From contig CAVPOM010000006.1 of NCBI GenBank assembly GCA_963707025.1, positions 128,001 to 192,000 of the forward strand: DNA of 64,000 nt, read 5' to 3'. The notes under the pieces were generated by a model. The model saw only the letters and a program-made list of their open reading frames with translations, made no database searches and was not told where the DNA came from. Of the stretch, positions 51,066 through 60,869 are shown piece after piece. A program made the position numbers and the translations under genes. The number at the start of each line of letters is the position of its first letter. Position 1 is the stretch's first letter. Source of the DNA: an uncultured Verrucomicrobiae bacterium. Its GTDB lineage: Bacteria; Verrucomicrobiota; Verrucomicrobiia; Limisphaerales; Palsa-1400.

Positions 51066-53945
51066 TTAAGATCGGGACGGCCGCCCGGGGCTGGCGGCGG
51101 CTTTGGGCGACGGTGCGGCCGCTGCCATCTTTGGGGGCGGAACGAAATGGGTGTAAATCAAGAAAGCCCCCAGCAGGAGGCCCACGGCCAGGGCGGCCAG
51201 GGTGACGTAAAGGGGGCCTTGCGAAGGTTGGAAGCGGAAGTCAATCGTGTGCTCCCCAGGGCTCAGGTAAACGCCGCGCATGATATAATTGCACTGCAAT
51301 GCGGCCACCGGCTTTTGGTCAACCCAGGCATGCCAGTCCGGGTCGGTCCGGTCATTGAGCAGCAGGACGGCGGCGGATTTGACGGTGGCCTGGAGGCGGA
51401 CTTCCTTGGGTTTGTAATCCACAATATGCACCGTGCCAGGGTCCGCCTCCGGAGCCGCGGCGGGTGGAACCGGGGTGTTGCTGGAGACTAAAACGGTTTT
51501 CATGGGGTCAAAGGTATCCGAATCCAGCAGTTGCAGCGCGGAGGCGTCGTCGGCCGGGATCTGCCAGTTGCAATAAAGTTTGGCGCGGGGCAGGGCGTTG
51601 GTGATTTCGATTAGCGCGAACGGGCCGTTGTTGGTGAGGAGGGCCGTCAGATCGCCGGAGTCCTCCGCTTTGTTGGTAACCCACGGTTTGTAAACCAAGT
51701 CGAAGCGGGCGCGAATCTGAAAGCCGTGCTGCATCGGGTCGGTGTGGTCGTTGAGGTAGGGCACCACGTCGGCGGGGGCCAGCAGGTAGCGGGCGTTGCA
51801 GAGTTTCCAAAGCCGGACGGGCGGCGCGAAATCCATCCCCTCAACCGTCCGCGCGTATTTTGGGGCAAAGGTGTCCAGCATCTTAATTTCCTGGATGGGC
51901 GGGCGCGCCAGTTGGTCAAAGTCCATCGCCTGGATGTCGTGGTAGGGGAAATCGTTTTCCAGCCACCAATGGCAGACGGACCCCAAAATCCCATATTCCC
52001 CATGACACAAAGCATAGCCGCTTTCATTGGGGGCCAGCTTGGCCGCCACCCGGTGCTCATAAGGTTCCTGCCGCAGAATCTTCATGAGGTCGTTGTCGGC
52101 GTACTTTTCCTGGTAATTGTAATAGCGCACCCACGGCCGGTCCGCGCGGCTTAAATCGCAAATCATCACCGCGCTCAGCGCCACCCACGCCCACACCGCC
52201 CGGCGCCCGCGCAACACTCCCGTCAGGATGCAGACCACTGCCCCGGCGGACAAGCCCAGGTAAAGGGCAAACCGGCCCGCTTCGCCGATGGCGAAAGCGG
52301 CGATGCGCGACCCCCAGTCCTCGCCAAACCCCTGGTGCCCGATGTACTGGCTCAGGCGCTCGAGCAGATGCCGGGAAGGGCCGCCGCTGCCCGCCCCATA
52401 AATCCAGAAGGCCAGCCCGGCCGCGCCCGCCGCCAGCAGCAACCCGCCCATCCACCATTTCTCAAAGGCACTAAATCGTCTTGACTCAGCTTGGGCCGGG
52501 GCCTCCGGGGCGGCGGCGGCGGCGGGGCTTCGCAGATAACCCCGGTAGAGCGCCTCCAGCCCGAACCCCGCCAGGATGATCCACGCCAGATGAAACGGAT
52601 GCATGAACTTCATCGGGTTGCGGATGGTGGAGAAATACGGCAGGTGGTAAAGCCAGGCATAGAGAAAGGAGTAGCGGCCCCACGCCGCCACCAGCGAGAA
52701 CAAGGCCGCCAAACCCCAAAACCAGACCAGGCGCCGCTCGTTTTTGGAAAAGGGCGGCCCGGCGCGCCGCCCGGTGCTGGCCAGCGCGAAAAGGGCGAGC
52801 AAGCTAACCAGCACGCCCGCGAATTCGCCCGAGCCGGTATGGCGCCGCTGCCATCCGGTGCGCTGCACCAAGTTGTCAACAATGACTTCCCGGGCCACCG
52901 CATCGTCTTCCTCCAGGATTTTCACTTCCTCCGGCGGCAAACCCAGGGCCACGGCCAGGTTAGTGCGCGCCTGGCGGTCGCTGCTGTCCAGCGTGGTGAT
53001 GAACGGGTACTCCGCCACCTTGCCCCAATAAACCCCGGCCTTGTCCGCCGTGGTGTCGTAATTGAGCAGGCGATAGCCGAAGAGTCCCGGAATGAGGATG
53101 CGCCAGGTTTCCAGCTTGGGCAGGCTCCACATCGTCGCTTCGGTCCAGCGCCTTTGTTTCTCTTCGGCCGTTTGTCCCATCCCGGAGATCCCTTTGATGG
53201 AAGTGCCGACCAGGGTATAGAGCGTGCTGAAGGCGATCAACACAGCAAAGAGCACCACCACCACACCCATGCCCGCCCCCCGGCCGATCCGCCGCGCCAG
53301 GCTGGACTCGGTGATCCAGGACAGAAACACCACGAAAACTCCGGCATACACGCTCAGAATCGCCCCGCTGTCAAAACCTTCCATCACCGACATGCCGACC
53401 GCCAGCCCGGCCAGCGCCGCCTTGATCCAGCTTTGCCGGATCCAGTCCGTCACCAGGGCCGCCACTGCCAGGAAGATCATGGCCATGGCAATGTTCCAGG
53501 TTCCCACACCCCAGGTGGCGTTGGACCAGCAGTGCATGTTCAACCCCGCCGCCAGCCCGCCCACCACGCAGACCATGGGGGCGAACTTCAGTTGCCGGAA
53601 CATCACCCAGGCGCTGAATCCCAGCAACAACATGGTCAACGGCGCAAAGATCTTCAGGAACATCTCCGGCGAGATGAAGGTCGCCAAAATGGTCGCCAGG
53701 GTCGGCGACGAACTCGGCTCCTTGATCCCGATCCAGTTCCCCTCAATCCAAGCCCCGGTGTAAGTGTCCGGCAGCCGGGCCGACGCGGTCTTCAGCGCCC
53801 CCAGCGCGCTGTCGTTGGCCCACATGACATGATACGGCTTGAAGCCGTCATGGCACAACACCGCCAGCGCTCCTCCCAGCAAGGCCAGGAGGAGCAACCA
53901 GTGGGCATGGCGTTTCAGGCCGGTCCCGATTGCGTTGGCAGGCAT
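51066..53945 (-). CDS. YfhO-like polytopic membrane protein (probable GT-C fold glycosyltransferase)
   Basis: Many TM helices; LPYFSTIRNPMKF; C-terminal W.A.VD...NYIMRGVYLSPGEHTIDFRFQP typical of YfhO. Confidence 0.75.
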   Translation of the reverse strand: MPANAIGTGLKRHAHWLLLLALLGGALAVLCHDGFKPYHVMWANDSALGALKTASARLPDTYTGAWIEGNWIGIKEPSSSPTLATILATFISPEMFLKIFAPLTMLLLGFSAWVMFRQLKFAPMVCVVGGLAAGLNMHCWSNATWGVGTWNIAMAMIFLAVAALVTDWIRQSWIKAALAGLAVGMSVMEGFDSGAILSVYAGVFVVFLSWITESSLARRIGRGAGMGVVVVLFAVLIAFSTLYTLVGTSIKGISGMGQTAEEKQRRWTEATMWSLPKLETWRILIPGLFGYRLLNYDTTADKAGVYWGKVAEYPFITTLDSSDRQARTNLAVALGLPPEEVKILEEDDAVAREVIVDNLVQRTGWQRRHTGSGEFAGVLVSLLALFALASTGRRAGPPFSKNERRLVWFWGLAALFSLVAAWGRYSFLYAWLYHLPYFSTIRNPMKFMHPFHLAWIILAGFGLEALYRGYLRSPAAAAAPEAPAQAESRRFSAFEKWWMGGLLLAAGAAGLAFWIYGAGSGGPSRHLLERLSQYIGHQGFGEDWGSRIAAFAIGEAGRFALYLGLSAGAVVCILTGVLRGRRAVWAWVALSAVMICDLSRADRPWVRYYNYQEKYADNDLMKILRQEPYEHRVAAKLAPNESGYALCHGEYGILGSVCHWWLENDFPYHDIQAMDFDQLARPPIQEIKMLDTFAPKYARTVEGMDFAPPVRLWKLCNARYLLAPADVVPYLNDHTDPMQHGFQIRARFDLVYKPWVTNKAEDSGDLTALLTNNGPFALIEITNALPRAKLYCNWQIPADDASALQLLDSDTFDPMKTVLVSSNTPVPPAAAPEADPGTVHIVDYKPKEVRLQATVKSAAVLLLNDRTDPDWHAWVDQKPVAALQCNYIMRGVYLSPGEHTIDFRFQPSQGPLYVTLAALAVGLLLGAFLIYTHFVPPPKMAAAAPSPKAAASPGRPSRS

Positions 53946-54032
53946 GGCGGGAGGTTACCGGTAAAATGAAGAATGCAAAATGCAAAATGCAGTCGCAGAA
54001 CTTCGCGGGTGCAGGACTTAATGCTTCGCGGC

Positions 54033-54261
54033 TCGCCCTCATCCTAACCTTCTCCCCCGGGAGAAGGAACAGACATCGCCCCCCGGCCTGGGCGCACGCG
54101 CCTCCGGCAAATTCCGGCGCCGGCCTTTCGCGAGGGCGGCGGATGTTCCACCCTCTCCTGGAGGAGAGGGGCGGGGTGAGGTCGAGCTTTTCGACTGACT
54201 TGGCTTTTTGGTTCGCCCTCATCCTAACCTTCTCCCCCGGGAGAAGGAACAGACATCGCCC
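54033..54261. repeat. REP-like cluster: 49-bp direct repeat x2 with an inverted family member between
   Basis: TCGCCCTCATCCTAACCTTCTCCCCCGGGAGAAGGAACAGACATCGCCC at 54033 and 54213; CCCTCTCCTGGAGGAGAGGGGCGGGGTGAGG near 54151. Confidence 0.85.
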
Positions 54262-54466
54262 GCGCCGCAAGGAAAGGGCGGGACCAAGCTGCCGGGTATG
54301 CCAAACCTATATACGCCATGTAGTTATTCTGCCTGCACGACGGCTTTCGAGGAAGAACTATGTCCTGCACCCAACCTCGCAAAACGCGCCCGGCCCGGGG
54401 GCTTCCTTGCGGTTTGATGCATTTATCATTTTGCATTTTGCCTTTGTTTTAATACCGTTGTCCGAA

Positions 54467-55249
54467 ATGAAAGTTGTCATTTTGTGCGGCGGCAAGGGTA
54501 CTCGATTGCGCGAGGAAACCGAGTATCGCCCCAAACCGATGGTGCCCATCGGCGACCGGCCCATCCTCTGGCATATCATGAAGATTTATGCCACCCACGG
54601 CTACAACGAATTCATCCTTTGCCTGGGTTACAAGGGCGACATGATCAAGGACTTCTTCCGCAATTACCACTGGATGACCAGCGATGTCACCCTTTCCCTG
54701 GGGCAGCCGGCTTCGGCCAAATTTCACCAGCACCACTCCGAGGAGGATTGGCGCGTCACCCTCGCCGATACCGGCCAGGAAACCATGACCGGCGGCCGCA
54801 TCAACCGCATCCGCCATTACCTGGGCCAGGACACCGAGTTCTTTCTCACCTACGGCGATTGCGTGGGCAACATTGACATCAAGGCCGCCCTCCAATTCCA
54901 CCGCGAACACGGCAAAAAACTCACCCTCACCGCGGTGCGCCCGCCCGGCCGCTTTGGCGAACTGGCCGTGGATGGCCAGAGCCGCGTCACCCAATTCAAC
55001 GAGAAGCCCCAAGCCGCCGAAGGCCGCATCAACGGCGGCTTCTTCGTCGCCTCCACCCGGATTTTCGATCTCCTGCGCGACGGCGACGGCATGATGTTCG
55101 AGCAGGAACCGATGCTGGCCCTGGCCCGGGAAGGCCAGCTCATGGCCTGGCAGCACAACGCTTTCTGGCAGCCCATGGATACCTTCCAGGAGTTCACCCT
55201 CCTCAACAAAATGTGGGCCGAGGGCAAAGCCCCCTGGAAAATCTGGTAA
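54467..55249 (+). CDS. rfbF: Glucose-1-phosphate cytidylyltransferase
   Basis: MKVVILCGGKGTRLREET..RPKPM, DTGQETMTGGRI, TYGD, INGGFF, FWQPMDT, APWKIW. Confidence 0.93.
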   Translation: MKVVILCGGKGTRLREETEYRPKPMVPIGDRPILWHIMKIYATHGYNEFILCLGYKGDMIKDFFRNYHWMTSDVTLSLGQPASAKFHQHHSEEDWRVTLADTGQETMTGGRINRIRHYLGQDTEFFLTYGDCVGNIDIKAALQFHREHGKKLTLTAVRPPGRFGELAVDGQSRVTQFNEKPQAAEGRINGGFFVASTRIFDLLRDGDGMMFEQEPMLALAREGQLMAWQHNAFWQPMDTFQEFTLLNKMWAEGKAPWKIW

Positions 55250-55254
55250 CCGGC

Positions 55255-56326
55255 ATGCAACCGAATTTAACCGACGATGCCCGGCGCGTCATCGCTGAGT
55301 TAGGCCCGCTCAACCAGCGCTTTGCCGGGAAAACCATTCTTCTCACCGGCGCCGCCGGTTTTTTGGGCTGCCACTTCATCCATTATTTCCTGGCCCTGAA
55401 CGATTCCTGCCTGGCCGACAAACCGTGCCGCCTGCTGGCCTGGGACAATTTCGCCCGCGGCACCCCCCTCTGGCTGGAGTCCATCCTGCCGCGCCCCGAC
55501 TTGCTCTGCCAGGCGCGCGACATCGTGCAAAAGCAGGCCCTCGACCCGGTGGATTTCATCATCCACGCCGCCTCCATCGCCTCGCCCTTTTTTTATCGCC
55601 AACATCCCATCCAAACCATGGACGCCAACGTCATCGGCCTGCGCCATTTGCTCGACGCGGCAGTGGCCCGCCCGGTGGAGAGCTTCCTGTTCTTTTCCAC
55701 CAGCGAGATTTACGGCGACCCCGACCCGGCCAACATCCCCACCAAAGAGACTTATCGCGGCAACGTCAGTTGCACCGGCCCGCGCAGTTGCTACGACGAA
55801 TCCAAGCGCTACGGCGAAACCTTGTGCGTCAATTTCTGGCAAGTCCATAAAGTCCCCGTCAAAATCGTCCGGCCCTTCAACAACTATGGGCCCGGCCTGA
55901 AGATTTCCGACCGCCGCGTTCTGCCCGATTTCTTCCGCGACGTTCCTGGCCGGCCGCAACATCGTCCTCCTCTCCGACGGCCGCGCCACCCGCACCTTCT
56001 GTTACATCTCCGACGCCCTCAGCGGCTATCTGCGCGCCCTGCTCAGTCCCCATCACGGCGAGTCCTTCAACATCGGCGCCGACGCCCCCGAAATCTCCAT
56101 GCGCGAGCTGGCCGGCCTAGTCATCAAAGTATCCGGCCGGCCCTTGCGCGTCGAGCACCGTCAAAGCGACGACCCGGAATACCTGGCCGACAACCCCCGG
56201 CGCCGCTGTCCCTGCCTTGAAAAAACCCGCCGCTTGCTCGCCTACGAACCCCGCGTCCCCTTGTCCACCGGTCTGGAGCGCATGTATCAGTACTACCTGG
56301 CCAACCCCGTCGCCGAGGACAAGTGA
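55255..56326 (+). CDS. NAD-dependent epimerase/dehydratase (UDP-glucuronate decarboxylase-like); frameshift near 55944
   Basis: TGAAGFLG, HAASIASP, STSEIYGDP, GPRSCYDESKR, RPFNNYGPG; continues in another frame as LAGRNIVLLSDGRATRTFCY...DNPRRRCP. Confidence 0.88.
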
Positions 56327-56517
56327 CCCCGCCCGCAATTCATCCCACCGGGATAAAATCATGCAGCCCAACTGACCCCGTCCGCAATTCATTCCAACGG
56401 GATAAAACCATTCAGCCCAACTGACCCCGTCCGCAATTCATTCCAACGGGTTAAAATCGTTCAGCCCACCTGACCGCGCCCGCAATTTATCCCACCGGGA
56501 TAAAATCATTCAGCCCA
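56324..56517 (+). repeat. Tandem repeat, 4 x 49 bp, derived from a REP-like unit
   Basis: TGACCCCG(C/T)CCGCAATTCAT(C/T)CCA(C/A)CGGGATAAAATCAT(G/T)CAGCCCA at 56324, 56373, 56422 and 56471, with no unique spacers. Confidence 0.9.
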
Positions 56518-56774
56518 GGGTTGTGAGGCACGAACTACCCTGGGGGACCGCACAACAAGTCCATCAAACCTGAAAGGTTTGAATCAAACCCCTCCGAAAC
56601 CGATGTGAAGGGGTGTGAATGCGTCAAGCCCGGAATTCTGAAATATAACCATAATCAAGTCGCGGCGGTGTTACGTTCGCCACCATGTGCAACCCATATT
56701 CAGCTTTCCGGGCTTGACCCCGTTATGGTCCTTTTTCGCTTGCCAAAGGTGGCTGAAAGAAAGAAATTCTTACC

Positions 56775-57008
56775 ATGACAAGCACAGTGACCAGCAAAGG
56801 CCAGACGGTGGTGCCGAAGGCGTTGCGGGAGCGATTCAATATAAAGTCCGGCGCGACGTTAGACTGGCAGGCAGACGGACCATCTTTGCGCGTGATCAAG
56901 CTGGAACCCCGCCGGGCAGCAAGCTTTCTGGAAGGGTTGCGCCGCTTGGGCCGTGTGCCGGCAGGGCCGCGCGACAAACGCCAGGTCCAACCACTTAAGG
57001 AAGCATGA
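56775..57008 (+). CDS. AbrB/MazE/SpoVT-family antitoxin
   Basis: STVTSKGQTVVPKALRERFNIKSG. Confidence 0.9.
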   Translation: MTSTVTSKGQTVVPKALRERFNIKSGATLDWQADGPSLRVIKLEPRRAASFLEGLRRLGRVPAGPRDKRQVQPLKEA

Positions 57009-57412
57009 GATACCTCTTGGACACAAATGTTGTCAGCGAGGTGTCGAAAAAGCGCCCCTCTGGAAAAGTTCTCAATTTCCTTCAAGCCAACGAGGCCCAA
57101 TGCGTGGTCGCAGCCATCGTGGTGGCGGAACGGTATCACGGCGCCAACACCGCGCCGCCAGACCAGAGGGCCGCCCTGTTGAAGGTGGTGCATGAATTCC
57201 GGGATGAGTTTGCCGATCGGATTCTGCCATTCGATGCGGCGGCGGCGGAAACTTGGGGAGCCTATGTCAGCCGTTCCACGCTCAGAAACCGGCCGCGTTC
57301 CTACCCGGATACGCAGATCGCCGCGATTGCGCTCACTCATAACCTCACCGTGGTGACGCGCAACACCGAAGACTTCCCCGAAGTGGATACGCTCAATCCC
57401 TTCGACCATTGA
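57005..57412 (+). CDS. vapC: VapC-family PIN toxin
   Basis: YLLDTNVVSE, ILPFD, DTQIAAIAL, VVTRNTEDF, NPF. Confidence 0.92.
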   Translation: MRYLLDTNVVSEVSKKRPSGKVLNFLQANEAQCVVAAIVVAERYHGANTAPPDQRAALLKVVHEFRDEFADRILPFDAAAAETWGAYVSRSTLRNRPRSYPDTQIAAIALTHNLTVVTRNTEDFPEVDTLNPFDH

Positions 57413-57534
57413 GTTTTGACCCCATCAAATCAAAGCTGAAGGAAGTCCACAGGCTCTAAATGTCACTTTTCCAGGACTGACCCCTCGGCCCTCACGCTCG
57501 GCAAAGGGGGCAGAGGTGCGCTGGATCCGTTACA

Positions 57535-57885
57535 GGTTCTTCGCTGTTTTCAGTGGAATACCGGACGGACCTGAAGAAGGTCTCATTCGGTTTTGCCAAT
57601 CCCAACGGGATTGAATCTATCAGCCCAGCGTTGCGAGCAACGAGCTACGCTGGGTGAAAAGACCGATAAACCACTACCCTGAATGGGTTGAATCTGTTTC
57701 GTAAACCTTTGTGCTGCAACCCCCTTCAGGGTATTGGAACTTGCCTGCAATAACCCAGGGTAGTCCCTCTCGGAATCGGGCCAACCCTGGGCTATATGAT
57801 TCAATCCCTTCGGGATTGAAGACAGGGCCATTTGCAGCGAGCGCAAAGACGGCATGTTTTATTCCACTGAAAACAGCGAAGAACC
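57535..57885. mobile_element. 351-bp MITE with perfect 26-bp TIRs and 8-bp target duplication CCGTTACA
   Basis: GGTTCTTCGCTGTTTTCAGTGGAATA (57535-57560) and its exact inverse (57860-57885); CCGTTACA at 57527-57534 and 57886-57893. Confidence 0.88.
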
Positions 57886-58107
57886 CCGTTACACCGATAT
57901 ACTTGTTGATAATCATGGACTTACGTTGATGGGACCCGTTACATACCCGTTACAACCCGTTACATTTTGTTTCAAATTTTGGCGCCGGGCGTGTTCTTGG
58001 GTGAGTGGTAGTGTTTTGCCGGTTACAACCGTTACACCGTTACACATGTTGATTATCAAGGGTTTATATTTTGCCCACCCGTTACATTGCCGTTACAACC
58101 CGTTACA
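57886..58107 (+). repeat. Iteron-like CCGTTACA repeat cluster
   Basis: Nine CCGTTACA copies plus one variant, mostly in triplets spaced 8-11 bp apart, with two TGTTGAT(A/T)ATCA boxes. Confidence 0.8.
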
Positions 58108-58319
58108 TCTTGTTGCATTCCGGCCTGCTTGTTCCCTGGCTCCTCTTGCTTTTTCTCCGGCTCACCTTCCCTGATTGAGTGGGTGAGGCGTTTCCTCCAC
58201 CCAATGGTGGTAGTATCAAAGCGCGCGCCCTTCCACCAAACGAAGATTCAGGGACTTGCATACACACGAATTATCTGTATGATGTGTATATGACGAAAAG
58301 AACCAACATTGTTTTGGAT

Positions 58320-59769
58320 CACACCCGTCTCATAAGGGGAAAAGTCTGGTGCTGACCTGTTCATTTGCAAGGGTTTAATTGGTCTTCGGGGTAAAATGAG
58401 ATTTTGATTTTTCCGAGTTTGGCTTTTGGGTTTGGTATGCGCCTGTTTGGGCGCGTGTGCTGTCCCATAGCTTTATTGGAAGCCGGGGAAATACGCCTGC
58501 TCGGGCCGCGCCAAGTGGCGAAAGCTGCCGCCTGCTGTCCCATAGCACGCCAGCAAATTGAGCAGATCATATTTCTCCCAGAGCGCCGCCCGCAAAATCG
58601 TGAACAGCCGGGTGAAGCTGTGCGCCCAGTTGGAGAGGTGACTGAGGTAGCGCAACAGCACGTAGGTCAACAGCGCCGTCCACACCTGCCAGCGCACGGC
58701 GTTGGCGTTGTGGCCCAGAAAATCCGCCAACTGCAAGGTCTGCTTGATTTGTTTGAAGAAGACTTCGATCTGCCAGCGGCAGCGGTAAAGGTCGGCCACG
58801 CTGCGCGGACTCCACTCCAGGTTGTTGGTCAGGAAGGTCATTTCCCGTTCCTCTCCATCAATCTCGACCAGCGCCACCACCCGGCGCATCAACTCCGGCG
58901 CGGGTTTGTTCTCGTTGCTCAGGACGATCACTTCGTCGCGCAAAATCTTCGGGTCTCTGGAGGCGGGCATTTTCCGCACCACCTCATAGCCCATGTTCTC
59001 CTTGGCCCGCGTCACCCAAAAGACCCCGCGCCCGTCCAAATCCCGCAAGTGGCCGAAGTCCACATAACCCTTGTCGAACAAGGCGATTTCGCCGCTCTTC
59101 AAGTCGGCGCACAGTTCCCGCGCCCGTCGGTTGTCGTGCTCGGCGGCAGTGTCCACAATGACAAAACCGGGCAAAAGATTCTGCAGATTCAACCGCATAT
59201 GGGTTTTGGCGGCGGCCTTGCGCCGGCGGTGCTTGGCCCAGTCCAGGCAGTTGGCCACCAGTTCCATGGTCGTGCTATCAATCACATGGATGGGCATCTT
59301 GAAACGGAAGGCGGGGCCACGGCGCTGGCCCGCGGCAAAGCCGGGCGTCTGTGCTTTCAAATGCTCCAGGACCCGCCAGAAGAGTTGTTCGGCCATCTGG
59401 GCCGGACGCTCCCGGTTGGCGTGGGAGAGGCCGTTGCGGCTGGGGGCGCTGGCGCCGCGCAAAGTGGACAGCGGCCCGGAATGCAATTGCAGCGAGTCGC
59501 ACAGATCGTTGAGTCCGATGCAATGGGTGAGTTGCGCGTCCAGCAAACTGACCGTGTGACTCCACGGACTGAAGGTGCGCGACTTATCCAGAGCCCGGTC
59601 TCCCGCGCTATTTTGGAGACTTCATGCGCAGGAATGAGATTGCAAATCTGGCGCAAAACGTTAAACCGGGACCGTGTCGGTTTGATTTTTTTGTTTTTCA
59701 TGCCTGCCTTGTGGCAGGTTCAAATGGTCAAGCCAACACTTTTTTCCAATTTCCTGTGGGATGGCTGTG
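58320..59769 (-). mobile_element. IS4-family insertion sequence, complete copy (1450 bp)
   Basis: Imperfect TIRs CACACCCGTCTCATAAGG / CACAGCCATCCCACAGGA; 9-bp TSD GTTTTGGAT at 58311-58319 and 59770-59778. Confidence 0.93.
58473..59701 (-). CDS. IS4-family DDE transposase; frameshift near 59590
   Basis: IDSTT, FDKGY, YRCRWQIEVFFKQIKQ (Y-2-R-3-E-6-K signature); N-terminus MKNKKIK... lies in another frame. Confidence 0.9.
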
Positions 59770-60145
59770 GTTTTGGATGAATCGTTGGTCCGCCGCGGAT
59801 TGAAGGCCACGGGCCTCAAAACCCGGCGCGCCCTGGTGCATCGGGCCTTGCAGGAATTGGTGCGGCGTGAGAAGCAGACCGGCCTGCTCTCGCTTCGCGG
59901 CGGCGTCCGCTGGACGGGCAATCTGGCGGCGATGCGCCGAGGCAAGATTGTGCTTCAAAAGTCCGTGGAAGCCTTCCCTCGCGGCAGTCTCGTCAAGTAC
60001 CTCACGGCAGAACGGGACAAAGGGCAAATCGCGATACTCTCCGGCTGTGTCCAGGGACCTATCGAATCCAAGTGAAAGACCAGTTTGATGTCTGGCGGTA
60101 TAAATTCCAGGACAAGGGAGGCGAGCATCCGGAAAGGGGTCGAAA

Positions 60146-60250
60146 GGGGTCAGTTAATATTTTAATATAACCGTTGATGCCGAATGCCCGCTTTGGAATT
60201 CAGTGGGCAGTGCGAATTCTCAAAATATGACAATACCATTAACTGACCCC
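60146..60250. repeat. GGGGTCAGTTAAT...ATTAACTGACCCC inverted repeat (REP-like)
   Basis: 13-bp inverted arms about 80 bp apart; a related pair at 56623-56721; extra TGACCCC motifs nearby. Confidence 0.65.
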
Positions 60251-60546
60251 TTTTCTGAAAACAGCGAAGAACCTAACTAAGCGCCATTCGGAACTGACCC
60301 CTTTTTCTTTACTTTAAGCTAAGTCACAGGAAGCGCAAAGCGGTCTAATTGACGACACAGGTTTGGAACTACGTGTCTTCTGTTCCGAAAACACCCTGCG
60401 ATCTGCTTAAGCCTAGGACGACCATGTTTTGGTTCGTCTTCCTTTGGCGTTGCCAATTCAAATTCTGCTGAGCTGGACCCCTATTTTTAGACCACAGGTA
60501 AGTTTCGATTTTTGCCGGTTTGCTGTAGATAAGAAAGAGCAGACTT

Positions 60547-60837
60547 ATGAAAGCAAAACGGAAAAGACACAGTGCGGCCTTCAAGGCCAAAGTGGGATTC
60601 GAAGCCCTGGTGGGGCTGAAGACGGTCGCGCAATTGGCGCGAGAGTATGCGGTGCATCCGGCGCAGGTCACGCAGTGGCGGGCGACGATTCGGGATCACA
60701 TGCCCGAATTGTTTGAGCCCGGGCAACCCCGCACGGAGGATCAGGAACAGTTGATTGCCCAACTGCATGAGAAGATTGGCCAACTGACGGTGGACTTGGA
60801 CTGGCTTAAAAAAAAGTCCAGGCAACTGGGGCTTTAA
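60547..60837 (+). CDS. IS3 transposase OrfA (HTH)
   Basis: RKRHSAAFKAKV...IGQLTVDLDWLKKK; A-rich slippery site AAAAAAAAG near 60808. Confidence 0.92.
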   Translation: MKAKRKRHSAAFKAKVGFEALVGLKTVAQLAREYAVHPAQVTQWRATIRDHMPELFEPGQPRTEDQEQLIAQLHEKIGQLTVDLDWLKKKSRQLGL

Positions 60838-60869
60838 CATGTTTAATCGCTCCCGATCCGCAGCTCAGC

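Larger units (their letters stand above)
58290..60075 (+). pseudogene. VapB-family antitoxin interrupted by an IS4-family element; no cognate toxin visible
   Basis: MTKRTNIVLD (58290-58319) rejoins ESLVRRGLKATGLKTRRALVHRALQELVRREKQ...WTGNL after the IS. Confidence 0.85.

Noticed and set aside
53930..54466. N-terminal extension of RfbF (439-aa ORF)
   Set aside because: It is translated REP and heptamer repeat DNA; the family start is MKVVIL at 54467.
56324..56517. Possible CRISPR array
   Set aside because: Units are contiguous 49-bp near-identical repeats with no unique spacers, and there are no cas genes in the window.
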